Origin: Rhodoferax sp.
GTDB taxonomy: Bacteria > Pseudomonadota > Gammaproteobacteria > Burkholderiales > Burkholderiaceae_C
Assembly: GCA_044346035.1 (NCBI GenBank)
Contig: JBIIZY010000001.1
Location: forward strand, 2,499 to 66,498
Direction of reading: 5' to 3'
Length of the DNA: 64,000 nt
The translations under genes were made by a program, and so were the position numbers. Shown piece by piece: positions 9,389-22,362 of the stretch. The notes under the pieces are model-generated. The model ran no database searches. It saw only the letters and a list, made by a program, of their open reading frames with translations, and was not told the DNA's origin. Each line of letters begins with the position of its first letter. Position 1 is the first letter of the stretch.

Positions 9389-11743
9389 ATGGATTTGACT
9401 TTTCAATTACACCGTTGGCACAAATCAGTCCTGGTTGCGTTGGCAGTTTGCGCCATGGCTGTGGCCGGTTCCCAAGCCCATGCCCTGTCGTTGGGGCGCA
9501 TTGCCATTCAGTCCGCGATCGGGGAGCCACTGCGCGCAGAAATTGAGGTCACGGACCTCGGTGCCGACGATGCCACAACACTGCGGGCCGGCGTTGCTTC
9601 ACCGAACGCTTTTTCCGCAGCAGGCTTGGATTACAACGCTGTAATGGCGGGCGTGCGTGCCAACTTGGTGCAACGCGCCGATGGCCGGTCCTTTTTGCTG
9701 ATCACCAGCGAACGCCCTGTAAACGACCCCTTCCTGGACCTGCTGCTAGAGGCCAGGTGGTCTGCCGGACGCGTGGTGCGGTACTACACCTTGCTGCTCG
9801 ATCCTCCGTCGATGCGCGCCGCAGCAGCGGCACCGGCGCTGCCCAAAGTGGCACCGGCCACCACGCCAGCACCGCCCCCGGCCATCACGCAAGCCCCCAC
9901 CCCCGTTGCACCGAGCGCAGCCGGCGCTTCCGTGTCCAGCGCGGCGCGCGCGGGCCAAGTCACAGTCAAAGCGGGCGACTCCGCAGGCCGCATTGCCATG
10001 CAGGCTAAGCAGAGCGACGTGACAAGAGACCAAATGCTGGTTGCACTGGTGCAGGCCAACCCCGAGGCATTCATCGACAACAACGTCAACCGGCTGCTCG
10101 CGGGCTCGGTGCTGCAAGTGCCAAGCGCGGAGCAAGCCCGGGCGCTGCCCGCAGAACAGGCGAGCCAGATCATTCTGGCGCAGAACCGCGAGTTCAATGC
10201 ATTTCGCCTGGCGCTTGCTGGCCAGGCGCCAGACGCCAACGTCAAGGCGGCCACCCGCGAGGCTGGCGGCAAAGTGGAGCCCATCCAGCAGCCGCCGGTT
10301 GCAGCAACCGGTGCGCCCGACCGCCTTACCCTCTCCAAGGCCACCACCAGCAACGCACCCAAAGAGGCGGATGTTGCCAAGGATCTGGCCGACAAAGACG
10401 CTGCTGCGCGCGCTGCCGAATTGGCGCGCAATGTTGAAGATCTCAGCAAGCTGTCAGCCGTTTCAGCTGGCGCTGCGCCCCCACCAGTTGGCGACGCTGC
10501 CAGCGCACCGGCCAATGCGGTCTCTCAACCGGTTGCCAGCGTGGCGATTGAGGCCCCCGCTGTGCCAATTGCAGCAGACCCTGCGCCGACCCAAGCCCGG
10601 GGCATTCTTGACGAGATGCTGGCAGACCCTTGGGTGCCCGGTGCCCTGGTCGGGCTGGTCACGGTGCTCGTAGGCGTCGGTCTGTACATGCAAGCGAGCC
10701 GCCGCAGACGCACCACGCCGCTCGACGACACCCAAACAAGCGCCCAGGCACCGCTGTCGCCCATGGTGCACGCGCAGGAAGAGATTGCTCCAGCTGCCGC
10801 GCAAGAAAAGGCGGCAATTGCAGCACCCGTTGCCAGTCCTCTGGACCCCGTCGACGAGGTGGACCCCATCGCCGAGGCGGAGGTGTACCTGGCCTATGGG
10901 CGCGATGCGCAGGCGCTGGAAATACTCAAGCAGGCTCTGCGTGACCAGCCACAGCGCCTGGCCATTCATATGAAGCTGCTTGAAATCCTGTGCAAGCGCG
11001 GCGATGTCAGTGGCTTTCATTCGCGCGCGCTGCAGGTTCTGCAACTCAGCGGCATCGGAACACCAGAATGGGCCACGGCTTGTGAGATGGGTCGCTCCAT
11101 TGACCCCGACAACCCGCTTTACAACCCGCCCGGGGCCGTGCCCGCGCCGGCTGCAGCCACCACTACCGCCGCAGTGCAGCCCGCCACAACGCCGCAGCCA
11201 GAGCCTTCGCAGCAGCCCTTGCCCTTGACTGAGCAACGCATTGAGCCACCCAGCCCCGTCGAACCAAGCAGCACCGAGAAAGACCCCTATCTCGACTTCG
11301 ATTTGGACCTGAATCTGGAGGAACCCGGCACTGCCAAGCCGACCGAGGCCACGCTGGCCCTCACCCCGGAACCCGCACCCCGCGCGCCAACGCCCACCCC
11401 ACCCCCCCCTGCCCCTGCGGCGCCCAGCCTGCCAAGCACTCCAACACCACCGGCGCCAACACCGCCTGCAACACCGCCTGCGCAAACTGCAGCGCCGGCG
11501 GCCGCTGACGATGACGGCATGCTGGAGTTTGACCTGGGGTCCTTGGACCTGGATGTATCAGCCAACCCAGGCGATGCGTCTGGCAACAGCGAAGACCCAC
11601 TCGAAACCAAGCTTGCGCTGGCCGAGGAGTTCTTGTCCATTGGGGACTCTGACGGCGCGCGCGCGCTGATCGACGAAGTGCTGGCCGAAGCCTCGGGCGC
11701 ACTCAAGGCCAAGGCAGAACGCGCACGCGCCAACCTGCGCTGA
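9389..11743 (+). CDS. fimV: FimV/HubP-family peptidoglycan-binding polar landmark protein
   Basis: GGAGG RBS; signal peptide. LysM-like segment (VTVKAGDSAGRIA...LLAGSVLQVPS) and a single TM (ALVGLVTVLVGVGLYM followed by RRRR). TPR-like region, P/A-rich linker, and conserved FimV C-terminal motif (KLALAEEFLSIGDSDGARALIDEVL). leuB-asd-fimV-truA-trpF-accD order as in Pseudomonas aeruginosa. Confidence 0.8.
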   Translation: MDLTFQLHRWHKSVLVALAVCAMAVAGSQAHALSLGRIAIQSAIGEPLRAEIEVTDLGADDATTLRAGVASPNAFSAAGLDYNAVMAGVRANLVQRADGRSFLLITSERPVNDPFLDLLLEARWSAGRVVRYYTLLLDPPSMRAAAAAPALPKVAPATTPAPPPAITQAPTPVAPSAAGASVSSAARAGQVTVKAGDSAGRIAMQAKQSDVTRDQMLVALVQANPEAFIDNNVNRLLAGSVLQVPSAEQARALPAEQASQIILAQNREFNAFRLALAGQAPDANVKAATREAGGKVEPIQQPPVAATGAPDRLTLSKATTSNAPKEADVAKDLADKDAAARAAELARNVEDLSKLSAVSAGAAPPPVGDAASAPANAVSQPVASVAIEAPAVPIAADPAPTQARGILDEMLADPWVPGALVGLVTVLVGVGLYMQASRRRRTTPLDDTQTSAQAPLSPMVHAQEEIAPAAAQEKAAIAAPVASPLDPVDEVDPIAEAEVYLAYGRDAQALEILKQALRDQPQRLAIHMKLLEILCKRGDVSGFHSRALQVLQLSGIGTPEWATACEMGRSIDPDNPLYNPPGAVPAPAAATTTAAVQPATTPQPEPSQQPLPLTEQRIEPPSPVEPSSTEKDPYLDFDLDLNLEEPGTAKPTEATLALTPEPAPRAPTPTPPPPAPAAPSLPSTPTPPAPTPPATPPAQTAAPAAADDDGMLEFDLGSLDLDVSANPGDASGNSEDPLETKLALAEEFLSIGDSDGARALIDEVLAEASGALKAKAERARANLR

Positions 11744-11786
11744 AGTGCCGGCCAGCGCCGGCAGTCCAACCCATGACGCACGCCCG

Positions 11787-12569
11787 ATGAGAGTGGCACT
11801 TGGCCTGAGCTACAACGGCCAGAACTACCAAGGATGGCAAAGCCAAGCCTCGGGCCAGACCGTGCAAGACCGGCTGGAGCACGCCCTGGCACGTTTCACC
11901 GACCAAAAGGTCTCCACCGTTTGCGCTGGCCGCACCGATGCCGGTGTGCACGCGCTCATGCAGGTCGTGCACTTTGACACCCCTCGGGACCGAACCCCGT
12001 ACGCGTGGGTCCGTGGAACCAACGCCCACCTGCCGCGCGACATTGCCGTCCAATGGGCCGTGCCCACCAGCGACGGCTTTCACTGCCGCGCCTGCGCCAC
12101 CAGCCGGCGCTACGCCTACGTGCTGCTCGAATCGCCAATTCGCCCCAGCGTAGAACAGGGCCGGGTCGGCTGGACGTTTCGGCCGCTGGACCCCGAAGCA
12201 CTGCGTGCTGCCGCCGATGTGCTGCTGGGTGAGCACGATTTCAGTTCGTTTCGGGCGTCCCAATGCCAGGCCTTGAGCCCAGTAAAAAACATGGTGGCCA
12301 TTGACTTGGCCAAGCGCGGGGCCTACTGGCGCATCGAGTTCGAGGCCAATGCGTTTTTGCACCACATGATCCGCAACATCATGGGCTGCCTGGTCCAAAT
12401 TGGCCAAGGCGCCAAGCCCGTGTCTTGGATGTCCGAGGTACTGGCGGCCCGCGACCGCAAAGCGGCCGCTCCCACGTTCTCACCGGACGGTTTGTATTTT
12501 TTAGGACCACGCTACGACCCGCACTGGGGTATGCCAGAACGTACTCCAGCGTACGATGGCCTCCCCTGA
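11787..12569 (+). CDS. truA: tRNA pseudouridine(38-40) synthase
   Basis: MRVALGLSYNGQNYQGWQ and GRTDAGVHA (catalytic Asp). ATG 11787 preferred over GTG 11745. Confidence 0.9.
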   Translation: MRVALGLSYNGQNYQGWQSQASGQTVQDRLEHALARFTDQKVSTVCAGRTDAGVHALMQVVHFDTPRDRTPYAWVRGTNAHLPRDIAVQWAVPTSDGFHCRACATSRRYAYVLLESPIRPSVEQGRVGWTFRPLDPEALRAAADVLLGEHDFSSFRASQCQALSPVKNMVAIDLAKRGAYWRIEFEANAFLHHMIRNIMGCLVQIGQGAKPVSWMSEVLAARDRKAAAPTFSPDGLYFLGPRYDPHWGMPERTPAYDGLP

Positions 12570-12586
12570 CCGAGCCCGCGACCACC

Positions 12587-13285
12587 ATGACAAGAACCCG
12601 CATCAAAATCTGTGGACTCACCCGTGAATGTGATGTTGACGCGGCAGTCGCCGCGGGCGCTGACGCCATTGGCTTTGTGCTCTACCCCAAAAGTGCGCGC
12701 TACGTCAGCCCCGCACGCGCTGCCGAGCTGGCCCGACGCCTGCCCCCTTTTGTGACGCCGGTGCTACTTTGCGTGAACGCGAGCGTGGCCGATGTGGTGG
12801 CAGCTTGTGCCTTGGTGCCGGGTGCCAGCTTGCAATTCCATGGGGACGAAACACCCGCGCAATGCGAAGCCGCGGCCCGCGGTACTGGCCGCCCCTACCT
12901 GCGGGCCGCACGCATTCCCTTGGGCGTCGATGCGCCCCAGTTCGACCTCATAGAATATGCACAACGTTTTTCAAACGCCCAAGCCTTGCTGCTCGATGCA
13001 CATGTCGAGGGTTATGGCGGCGGCGGCAAGGTGTTCAATTGGTCACTGCTTCCTCCAAGCGTCAACGCTCACCTCGTCTTGAGTGGTGGACTCGACTCTG
13101 CAAACGTGGGCGACGGTATCGCCCAGATCCGGCCGCGCTGTCAATCGCTGGCCGTTGATATCAGCACAGGGGTCGAGGCCACTGACGCCAGCGGCACCCC
13201 CCGCAGGGGCATCAAAGATCCCGAAAAAATGAACCAATTCGTCGCTGCCGTGCGCGCAGCCGACCAACGCCTTGCAGGAACCTAA
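12587..13285 (+). CDS. trpF: phosphoribosylanthranilate isomerase
   Basis: MTRTRIKICGLT N-terminus, TIM-barrel PRAI family. The track ORF start 12425 overlaps truA. Confidence 0.9.
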   Translation: MTRTRIKICGLTRECDVDAAVAAGADAIGFVLYPKSARYVSPARAAELARRLPPFVTPVLLCVNASVADVVAACALVPGASLQFHGDETPAQCEAAARGTGRPYLRAARIPLGVDAPQFDLIEYAQRFSNAQALLLDAHVEGYGGGGKVFNWSLLPPSVNAHLVLSGGLDSANVGDGIAQIRPRCQSLAVDISTGVEATDASGTPRRGIKDPEKMNQFVAAVRAADQRLAGT

Positions 13286-13288
13286 ACC

Positions 13289-14619
<1,331 letters not shown>

Positions 14620-14623
<4 letters not shown>

Positions 14624-15441
14624 GCCGCATCGCAGGCACGCTGGCCCGCCTGCAAAGCCAGCAACGCAAAGCCCTTATCCCGTACGTCACTGCCGGCTAC
14701 CCGTTCGCCGACATCACACCCGAGCTGATGCACGCGATGGTTGCCGGTGGCGCGGACATCATCGAGCTGGGTGTGCCATTTTCAGACCCTAGTGCGGACG
14801 GCCCCGTCATCCAGCGCGCTGGCGATAAGGCCCTGTCCTTTGGCATTGGTCTGGTGCAGGTGCTGGGTATGGTGCGCGCCTTTCGCCAAACCGACACCAC
14901 CACACCGGTGGTGCTGATGGGATATGCCAACCCGGTAGAGCGCTACGACCAAAAGCATGCATCCCCGCAGGTGCAAAGCGCCTTTGTACGCGACGCGGCT
15001 GACGCGGGCGTGGACGGTGTACTTATCGTGGACTACCCGCCCGAGGAGTGCGAGGCATTTGCGGCCAACCTGCGCGCGCATGGCTTGGACTTGATTTTTT
15101 TGCTGGCGCCCACCAGCACCGATGCGCGCATGGCGCAGATCGCCAAGGTCGCCAGCGGCTATGTGTACTACGTGTCCCTCAAGGGCGTCACCGGCTCGGG
15201 TGCTTTGGACACAGGTGCGGTCGAGGCCATGCTGCCGCGCATTCGAGCGCATATCAGCGTGCCAGTGGGCGTGGGCTTTGGCATCCGCGATGCTGCGACG
15301 GCAAAGACCATCGCCCAAGTGGCCGACGCGGTGGTGATTGGCAGCAAAATCATCGAGATGTTGGAGCACCAGCCACGCGAACAGGTGGCAGGCACCGCGC
15401 GCGCCTTCTTGCACCAAATCCGCACAGCGCTGGATTCATAA
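14620..15441 (+). CDS. trpA: tryptophan synthase alpha chain
   Basis: GTG 14620 overlaps the trpB stop (GTGA). [27 protein letters not shown] and [14 protein letters not shown] motifs. The 536-aa track ORF from 13831 is an out-of-frame run through trpB. Confidence 0.9.
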
Positions 15442-15478
15442 TCACGCCCACGTTGCCCCGCATGCTTGGAGAACACCT

Positions 15479-16351
15479 ATGAGTTGGCTTGAAAAACTGC
15501 TGCCCCCAAAGATTCAGCACACCGACCCCACCGAGCGACGTAGCGTGCCCGAGGGCCTGTGGATCAAGTGCCCCAGCTGCGAAGCGGTGCTCTACAAAAC
15601 CGACCTCGAACAAAACCAGAATGTGTGCCCTGGCTGCGGCCACCACCACCGCATCGGCGCACGCGCGCGGCTCAACGTTTTTCTGGACAACGAGGGCCGT
15701 TTTGAAATTGGGCAAGAGGTGCTGCCCGTCGACGCCCTGAAGTTCAAGGACAGCCGCAAGTACCCCGAGCGCCTCAAAGAGGCTTTGGAGAACACGGGCG
15801 AGACCGATGCCTTGGTCGTCATGGGTGGTGCCGTGCACGGCATCAGCCTGGTGGCGGCGTGCTTCGAGTTCGAGTTCATGGGTGGGAGCATGGGCTCGGT
15901 GGTAGGCGAGCGTTTCGTCCGCGGTGTAGAAACCGCCGTGGAGCAAAAGGTGCCGTTTGTCTGCTTCACAGCCACCGGTGGCGCGCGCATGCAAGAAGGC
16001 CTTTTGAGCCTCATGCAAATGGCCAAAACCAACGCGGCACTGACGCGCCTGGCCAAGAAGCGCCTGCCCTACATCAGTGTGCTGACCGACCCAACCATGG
16101 GCGGCGTAAGCGCTGGGTTTGCGTTTCTGGGTGATATCGTGATTGCTGAACCCAAGGCACTCATCGGCTTTGCCGGCCCGCGTGTCATCGAATCTACGGT
16201 GCGCGTGACCCTGCCAGAAGGCTTTCAACGGGCTGAGTTTTTGCAAACCAAAGGCGCAGTCGATTTCATCAGCGACCGGCGCGAGCTGCGCAAAACCATT
16301 TCCGAGGCGCTGGCCATGCTGCAGCGCCAACCAGCCGACGCCGTGCTTTAA
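15479..16351 (+). CDS. accD: acetyl-CoA carboxylase carboxyltransferase beta subunit
   Basis: [13 protein letters not shown]-terminus and Zn ribbon CPSCEAVLY...CPGCGHH. Confidence 0.93.
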   Translation: MSWLEKLLPPKIQHTDPTERRSVPEGLWIKCPSCEAVLYKTDLEQNQNVCPGCGHHHRIGARARLNVFLDNEGRFEIGQEVLPVDALKFKDSRKYPERLKEALENTGETDALVVMGGAVHGISLVAACFEFEFMGGSMGSVVGERFVRGVETAVEQKVPFVCFTATGGARMQEGLLSLMQMAKTNAALTRLAKKRLPYISVLTDPTMGGVSAGFAFLGDIVIAEPKALIGFAGPRVIESTVRVTLPEGFQRAEFLQTKGAVDFISDRRELRKTISEALAMLQRQPADAVL

Positions 16352-16914
16352 ACGACTGCCAGCACGCGGGCCTGCAGGCCGCCGAGCAAAATCGTCATCA
16401 CCTGCAGGATCAAGAGCAGGATCAAGGGCGACAGATCGATGCCGCCCACACGCGGCACGGCGCTGCGAATCACGGCGAGCAGCGGAGCGACAAGGCGCTC
16501 CAACAAGTCCGACAGGTGCGAGCTCGTTTGCACCCAAGACAACACCGCGTACACGATGACCAGCCCCGACAGGCCTGAAATGACGGTGCGCAACACACCA
16601 AAAACGGCCATCACAGCGACCGACAGCACACCGGCCTGTGCACCGTTCATCAGCCACAAGAGCGCGTAGAGCGCGGTTTGCGCCAACCAAGCCGCTACCA
16701 AGCTGGCGGTGTCCCACCGTCCCACTGCGGGCAGCACCCGGCGCAGTGGCAACACCACCCAGTCGGTGCTGGCAAAAATCAAGGGGCCCATCGGATTGCC
16801 CGACCGCGCCGACATCGGAATGCGCTGGTGCTGCATGTACAAGCGCAACACGCAAAGGCCGGTGAGGAGGCCAGCAGCCACTTCCAACAGCAGGGAAACG
16901 ATTTGGTAGAGCAT
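16348..16914 (-). CDS. YggT-family integral membrane protein
   Basis: 188 aa from ATG 16914 ([12 protein letters not shown]...), multiple hydrophobic segments in a two-repeat YggT-like layout. Its stop overlaps the accD stop by 4 nt (convergent). Confidence 0.6.
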   Translation of the reverse strand: MLYQIVSLLLEVAAGLLTGLCVLRLYMQHQRIPMSARSGNPMGPLIFASTDWVVLPLRRVLPAVGRWDTASLVAAWLAQTALYALLWLMNGAQAGVLSVAVMAVFGVLRTVISGLSGLVIVYAVLSWVQTSSHLSDLLERLVAPLLAVIRSAVPRVGGIDLSPLILLLILQVMTILLGGLQARVLAVV

Positions 16915-17038
16915 GGAGCCGAGGATAAAGTCTGGCCGCATGATAGCGGCAGCGGCCCTCTTAGAATTGGGGCTTACGGGCAGGCTGTTTGCAGGTTTGC
17001 TCCACTTCCGGACCCGCGCTCCCTTGACCCAACATCCC

Positions 17039-18595
17039 ATGTCTGAACCCACCCATTCCGCAGCAGCGGCAGCCACCCCAATCGACGAAAACCAACTGGT
17101 GCAGGAGCGCCGCGAAAAGCTCAAGGCGCTGCGCCAGCAACAGGCTGCTGGTGGTGCGGTGGCGTTCCCCAACGACTACCAGCCCACACACAGCGCAGAG
17201 CAGCTCTTTGCCGAGTACGACTCGCATGCCACGGAGATACTTGCCGGCATGGACGTCACGGCCAAAGTGGCGGGGCGCATGATGCTCAAGCGCGTCATGG
17301 GCAAAGCCAGCTTTTGCACCTTGCAAGATGCATCATTTGGCAGCAGCGGTGGCCGCATCCAGATCTACGTCAAGGGCGAAGATGTAGGTGCTGATTTGTA
17401 CGCGGCCTTTAAGCACTGGGATTTGGGCGACATCGTGGCAGCCGAGGGCACGGTGTTCAAAACCAAAACCGGCGAACTGTCGATTCATGCCACGCGCGTT
17501 CGGCTGCTCACCAAGAGCCTGCGGCCTATGCCCGACAAGTTCCACGGCATCCACGACCAGGAAGTGAAGTACCGCCAGCGCTACATCGACCTGATGACCG
17601 ATGAATCCTCGCGCAAGCGTTTCGTGGCGCGCAGCAAGGCGGTCAGCGGCATCCGCGAATTCATGGTGCAGCACGGCTTTCTGGAGGTGGAAACGCCCAT
17701 GCTCCACCCGATTCCCGGAGGGGCCAACGCCAGGCCGTTCACCACGCACCACAACGCGCTGGACCAACAGATGTTCCTGCGTATTGCGCCCGAGCTGTAC
17801 CTCAAGCGACTGATCGTGGGCGGCTTCGATCGCGTGTTCGAGATCAACCGCAACTTCCGCAACGAAGGCATCTCGGTGCGCCACAACCCCGAGTTCACCA
17901 TGATGGAGTTCTACGCGGCGTACTGGAACTACCAAGACCTCATGGGCTTTACCGAGCAACTGCTGCGCGACGCCGCCATCAAGGCCGTTGGCGCGCTGCA
18001 GCTGACCTATGGCGGCAAGCCAGTGGACCTGTCACAACCGTTTGAACGTCTCACCATCGTCGAGGCCATTCAAAAGTACACCGAGGCCGCAAGCAACGTG
18101 TTGAGCACCGAGTGGCTGATCCATGCGCTGCGCAAGCTGGGGCTCACCGAGGCCAAGCACCAGCTCTCCACACGCAGCCTGGCCAGTCTGCAGGTGCTGT
18201 ACTTTGAAGAAACGGTGGAAGAAAAGCTGTGGCAGCCCACCTTCATCTGCGAGCACCCGGTGGAAATCTCACCACTGGCCCGAGCCAGCGACACCAAGCC
18301 CGGCGTCACCGAACGCTTTGAGCTCTACATCACCGGGCGCGAGTTTGGTAACGGCTTTAGCGAACTCAACGATGCCGAAGACCAAGCCGCGCGCTTCCAT
18401 GCGCAGGTGGCGGCCAAAGACGGCGGCGACGATGAGGCCATGTACTACGACCACGACTTTGTGCGCGCGCTGGAGTACGGCATGCCGCCAACCGGCGGCT
18501 GCGGCATTGGCATCGACCGGTTGATGATGCTATTGACCGACAGCCCCAGCATCCGCGACGTGATTTTGTTTCCCGCCTTGCGCCGCGAAGCCTAA
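17039..18595 (+). CDS. lysS: lysine--tRNA ligase (class II)
   Basis: OB-fold anticodon domain plus class II motifs ([17 protein letters not shown]). ATG 17039 (MSEPTHS...). Confidence 0.95.
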   Translation: MSEPTHSAAAAATPIDENQLVQERREKLKALRQQQAAGGAVAFPNDYQPTHSAEQLFAEYDSHATEILAGMDVTAKVAGRMMLKRVMGKASFCTLQDASFGSSGGRIQIYVKGEDVGADLYAAFKHWDLGDIVAAEGTVFKTKTGELSIHATRVRLLTKSLRPMPDKFHGIHDQEVKYRQRYIDLMTDESSRKRFVARSKAVSGIREFMVQHGFLEVETPMLHPIPGGANARPFTTHHNALDQQMFLRIAPELYLKRLIVGGFDRVFEINRNFRNEGISVRHNPEFTMMEFYAAYWNYQDLMGFTEQLLRDAAIKAVGALQLTYGGKPVDLSQPFERLTIVEAIQKYTEAASNVLSTEWLIHALRKLGLTEAKHQLSTRSLASLQVLYFEETVEEKLWQPTFICEHPVEISPLARASDTKPGVTERFELYITGREFGNGFSELNDAEDQAARFHAQVAAKDGGDDEAMYYDHDFVRALEYGMPPTGGCGIGIDRLMMLLTDSPSIRDVILFPALRREA

Positions 18596-18601
18596 GCGCC
18601 C

Positions 18602-19510
18602 ATGCACAACCAGTCCGCCCGGGGCATTGCGTACCTGTGCCTGGGGGTGTTTGTTTTTTCCTTGCAAGACGCCATCATCAAGCAGGTCAGCGGCGCCTAT
18701 GCGCTGACCCAGGTGGTGTTCATCCGCTCCTGCGTTGGCGTGCCCATCTTGCTGGCGTTGGCGCTGCATGAGGTCGGCTGGCGCGCGATCTTTGCGGTGC
18801 AACCGGCTGCGCTGGTGGTGCGGGCCGTCATTATGTTGGGCGCCTACACCGCGTACTACATGGCGTTTCCAGCCTTGCCATTGGCCGATGCAGTCGCGCT
18901 GTACTTCACCGTGCCCTTGTTCCTGACGGCACTTGCAGCCCCGGTGCTGGGTGAGCGCGTGGGCTGGAAAGTGTGGGCCGCCGTGGTGCTGGGTTTCGCT
19001 GGCGTGCTGGTCATGCTGCAACCCGGCAATGGACTTTTTGAGCCGGCGGCGCTGTTGTCGCTCCTGGCGGCCGCCCTGTACGGCGTTTCCATGCTGATGG
19101 CGCGCAAGATGGGCGTGACCGTCGTGGCCTCGGTGATGGCCTTCTACCAAAATGTGGTGTTTTTGCTGGGTGCGGGTGTGGCAGCGTTCGCTTTGTGGGC
19201 GCTGGGGGTGACCTCGGCAGACCACCCAAGCCTGCAGTTTTTGGTGCGACCTTGGTCGGTGCCAAGCATGGCTGACGGACTGCTCATCGGGGCCTGCGGC
19301 GTCGTTGCAGCTGTGGGTACTTTGTTTCTGACCAACGCCTACCGGGTCGCCAAGACCAGCGTCGTAACCCCGTTCGAGTACACCGGCATGCTGTGGGCGC
19401 CGCTGTGGGGATTTCTGTTTTTTGCCGAGGTGCCCAAACTGACCACCTTCGCTGGTGCAGCGACCATTGGAATCGCGGGCCTGATCGCTATGCGGGTGGC
19501 AAAGCATTGA
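18602..19510 (+). CDS. EamA/DMT-family transporter
   Basis: 302 aa, about ten hydrophobic helices in two EamA-like halves. Confidence 0.75.
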   Translation: MHNQSARGIAYLCLGVFVFSLQDAIIKQVSGAYALTQVVFIRSCVGVPILLALALHEVGWRAIFAVQPAALVVRAVIMLGAYTAYYMAFPALPLADAVALYFTVPLFLTALAAPVLGERVGWKVWAAVVLGFAGVLVMLQPGNGLFEPAALLSLLAAALYGVSMLMARKMGVTVVASVMAFYQNVVFLLGAGVAAFALWALGVTSADHPSLQFLVRPWSVPSMADGLLIGACGVVAAVGTLFLTNAYRVAKTSVVTPFEYTGMLWAPLWGFLFFAEVPKLTTFAGAATIGIAGLIAMRVAKH

Positions 19511-20103
19511 CGCAACGCCCAACGCCCAGCCCGGTTGCCCCCTTAGCCTATTTGCAGGGCTACCCCCAAGAAACTGTCAACCAGGTGCGCAGTATGGTGG
19601 CTGCAAACCGCACGGCGGCCTGGCTGCTGGCCAAGTACCCGCAGGCCCACGGCATCCGGACCGACCGCGCCCTCTACCAGCATCTGCTGGCCATCAAGGA
19701 CGGTTTCATCCAAGGCGGCGATGTGGTCAGCAAGGTGGTCTACGACAGCAAACTGCATGTCGTGCACAACGCGCTGGGCACCCACACCACCGTCTCTAGA
19801 GTGCAAGGTGCGCGGCTCAAGGCCAAGCGCGAGATCCGCATTGCGTCGCTGTTCAAGGACACGCCTGCCGAGTTTCTGCGCATGATTGCGGTGCACGAGC
19901 TGGCCCACTTGCGCGAGCGCAACCATGACAAAGCGTTCTACCAACTTTGCACCTACATGGAGCCGCGTTACTACCAGATCGAGTTTGAGGTGCGCGTTTA
20001 TCTGACGCACCTGGAAGCCACGGGGCAGCGGCTGTGGGCCGCACAGCCGATCGCGCAGCCTGTCGCACAGTCTCAGGGGATGCAGTCCAAGGCGTGCATG
20101 TAG
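19507..20103 (+). CDS. YgjP-like (DUF45, M48-type) metal-dependent hydrolase
   Basis: HELAHLRERNH (HExxH) in a YgjP-like context. Start uncertain; TTG 19507 overlaps the eamA stop (TTGA). Confidence 0.6.
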   Translation: MTQRPTPSPVAPLAYLQGYPQETVNQVRSMVAANRTAAWLLAKYPQAHGIRTDRALYQHLLAIKDGFIQGGDVVSKVVYDSKLHVVHNALGTHTTVSRVQGARLKAKREIRIASLFKDTPAEFLRMIAVHELAHLRERNHDKAFYQLCTYMEPRYYQIEFEVRVYLTHLEATGQRLWAAQPIAQPVAQSQGMQSKACM

Positions 20104-21167
20104 TCGGGGTGCACCATCAGCGCATCCCATGGCAGCGCAGGGAAGTTGGGCAGCAAAGCCCGACGGCGCGCCTCGCTGGCCTCGCTGGCGCTCCATTGGC
20201 CTTTGAGGTGCGCTTCGGTCAGCCCGTTGATCAGTGCGTCCACCGCGGTGCCAGCGCCTTCACTGTCTGGCGTGGACTGGTTGCACAACAGCACCATGTC
20301 ACACCCGGCGTTCAGTGCAGCCACCGCCGCCTCGGTGTAGCTCACCTGTCGGCCATCAACCAGGCGGGCACCGGCCATGGACAGGTCGTCGCTGAAGATC
20401 GCACCCGAAAACGCCAGCTGGCCTCGCAAAATCTCACCCAACCAGGTGGCAGAGAAGCCCGCGGGTCGGGTGTCGACCTTGGGATAGATGACATGCGCCG
20501 GCATCACGCTGCGCAGCACGGTGCTGAGCCAACGGTAGGGCGCCGAGTCGTCGGCCAGAATGGCTTTGAGGCTGCGCCGGTCCACCGGAATGTCGGTGTG
20601 TGAGTCGGCCCCAACGAAGCCGTGGCCAGGAAAATGCTTGCCGCAATTGGCCATGCCACTTTGCAGCAGCCCATGCACCAGACTCTTGGCCAGCAAGCTA
20701 ACCACCCGCGGGTCACGCCCAAAGGCCCGGTCCCCAATGACGCTGCTCACGCCGTAATCCAGGTCCAGCACGGGCGCAAAGCTCAGGTCCACGCCGCAGG
20801 CGCGCAGCTCCGCGCCCAGCACGTAGCCACAGGCGGTGGCGGCATTGGTGGCGTCCAGCGGACCGGACTTTTTGCCAGGCGCAGGGGCAGCCAACCACAT
20901 CTCGCCCAAAGCACGCATGGGTGGCAGGTGGGTGAATCCGTCGGTCTTGAAACGCTGCACCCGCCCGCCTTCGTGGTCCACACAAATCAGCAAGTCGGAG
21001 CGAACCCGCTTGATGCTCTGGCACAGTGCGTTGAGTTGGGCGCGGTTCTGCCAGTTGCGCGCAAACAAGATCAGACCGCCAACCAGCGGGTGTTTAAGCC
21101 GTGCGCGGTCTCTTTTGCTGAGGGTGGCTCCTGCAATGTCGATGATCAAAGGCGCGTGGAAGCTCAT
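20073..21167 (-). CDS. nagZ: beta-N-acetylhexosaminidase (GH3)
   Basis: [14 protein letters not shown]-terminus, [14 protein letters not shown] and KHFPGHG motifs. ATG 21167 overlaps the acpS stop (ATGA). Confidence 0.9.
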   Translation of the reverse strand: MSFHAPLIIDIAGATLSKRDRARLKHPLVGGLILFARNWQNRAQLNALCQSIKRVRSDLLICVDHEGGRVQRFKTDGFTHLPPMRALGEMWLAAPAPGKKSGPLDATNAATACGYVLGAELRACGVDLSFAPVLDLDYGVSSVIGDRAFGRDPRVVSLLAKSLVHGLLQSGMANCGKHFPGHGFVGADSHTDIPVDRRSLKAILADDSAPYRWLSTVLRSVMPAHVIYPKVDTRPAGFSATWLGEILRGQLAFSGAIFSDDLSMAGARLVDGRQVSYTEAAVAALNAGCDMVLLCNQSTPDSEGAGTAVDALINGLTEAHLKGQWSASEASEARRRALLPNFPALPWDALMVHPDYMHALDCIP

Positions 21168-21583
21168 ACGTCGGGGATGGTTGGGTTGTTGCGGGCGACT
21201 TCCACCACGCAAAAGCTGGCGGCATAGTCGGTCTCGTCGGTCACAGTGATGTGGGTTGTCAGGTGGCGCTGCGCGCACCAGTCTTTGAGCGCGCCATGCA
21301 GCACCAGCACCGGCTTGCCGCTGGCTTGGTTGGCCACTTCGCACAGCTTCCAGGTCATGGGCATGCGCATGCCCAGGCCAATGGCTTTGCTAAATGACTC
21401 TTTGGCGCTAAAGCGCGTGGCAAGGTAGCGCACACCGCGTTCGGGCCAACGGGCGCTGCGCGCTTTCCAGGTCTTGAACTCCTGGTCAGACAGCACTTTG
21501 GCGGCGAAGCGTTCACCGTGCTTGTTCAGGCTGGCGCGGATGCGGCGCACATCGCAGATGTCGGTGCCGATGCCGTAGATCAC
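21164..21583 (-). CDS. acpS: holo-[acyl-carrier-protein] synthase
   Basis: [16 protein letters not shown]-terminus (GTG 21583), ~139 aa. Downstream of pdxJ as in E. coli. Confidence 0.85.
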   Translation of the reverse strand: MIYGIGTDICDVRRIRASLNKHGERFAAKVLSDQEFKTWKARSARWPERGVRYLATRFSAKESFSKAIGLGMRMPMTWKLCEVANQASGKPVLVLHGALKDWCAQRHLTTHITVTDETDYAASFCVVEVARNNPTIPDV

Positions 21584-21599
21584 TGCCCGCCCGCCCCTC

Positions 21600-22358
21600 T
21601 TACCGGCCCAGGCACTGGAGGTAGGCGGCGATGGTGTCGCCGTAACCAAGCTCCAGCGCATCGGCAATCAGGGCATGCCCGATGGAAACTTCCAACACAC
21701 CGGGCACCTGTCGCACGAACGCAGCCAGGTTGTCGCGGTTAAGGTCGTGGCCAGCGTTCACCCCCAGACCCAGCTCCTGCGCCGCCTGTGCAGCCCGCGC
21801 GAAACGCTGCAATTGCGCGGTTTGCGCAAGCCCGCCCCAGGCCGCCGCATAGGGCTCGGTGTACAACTCCACGCGGTCGGCGCCCACTGCCTTGGCGGCG
21901 GCCATGGCCTGCGGCTCGGCGTCCATGAACAGGCTGACCCGAACACCCATTGCGTGGGCTTGCGCGATGCACGGCGCCAACCGATCTGCGTCCTCTGGAA
22001 AGCTCCAGCCGTGGTCGCTGGTGAACTGGCCCTCGGAGTCGGGCACGAAGGTGACCTGGTGCACCGGCAAACCGCGTCCGCGCAGGTCACGCACACAGTC
22101 CATCAGGTTGTGGAACGGGTTGCCCTCGACGTTGAACTCCCGGTCCGGCCACGCCTGCAACAGCTGCGCGAGTTCGACCACGTCGCTTGCCCGAATGTGG
22201 CGTGCATCCGGCCGAGGATGCACCGTGATGCCGTTGGCACCCGCCTGCAAGCACAGGGTGGCAGCGCGGGTGACGCTGGGAATACCAAGGTGGCGCGTGT
22301 TGCGCACCAATGCGACCTTGTTGAGATTGACCGACAGGGCGGTAGACGTTCTGTGCAT
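21600..22358 (-). CDS. pdxJ: pyridoxine 5'-phosphate synthase
   Basis: [15 protein letters not shown] and [13 protein letters not shown] motifs. Confidence 0.93.
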   Translation of the reverse strand: MHRTSTALSVNLNKVALVRNTRHLGIPSVTRAATLCLQAGANGITVHPRPDARHIRASDVVELAQLLQAWPDREFNVEGNPFHNLMDCVRDLRGRGLPVHQVTFVPDSEGQFTSDHGWSFPEDADRLAPCIAQAHAMGVRVSLFMDAEPQAMAAAKAVGADRVELYTEPYAAAWGGLAQTAQLQRFARAAQAAQELGLGVNAGHDLNRDNLAAFVRQVPGVLEVSIGHALIADALELGYGDTIAAYLQCLGR

Positions 22359-22362
22359 TGCT

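Noticed and set aside
11330-11500. P/A/T-rich repetitive DNA in fimV, and the R/E/G-rich segment of rne at ~43850..44300
   Set aside because: These are low-complexity linker regions characteristic of FimV and of the RNase E C-terminal scaffold. They are not mobile or satellite repeats.
20073-20103. 31-bp convergent overlap of the nagZ and ygjP-like 3' ends, and the 4-bp accD/yggT overlap at 16348..16351
   Set aside because: Both genes of each pair have intact C-termini, and such overlaps are common in compact GC-rich genomes. There is no evidence of a functional element.
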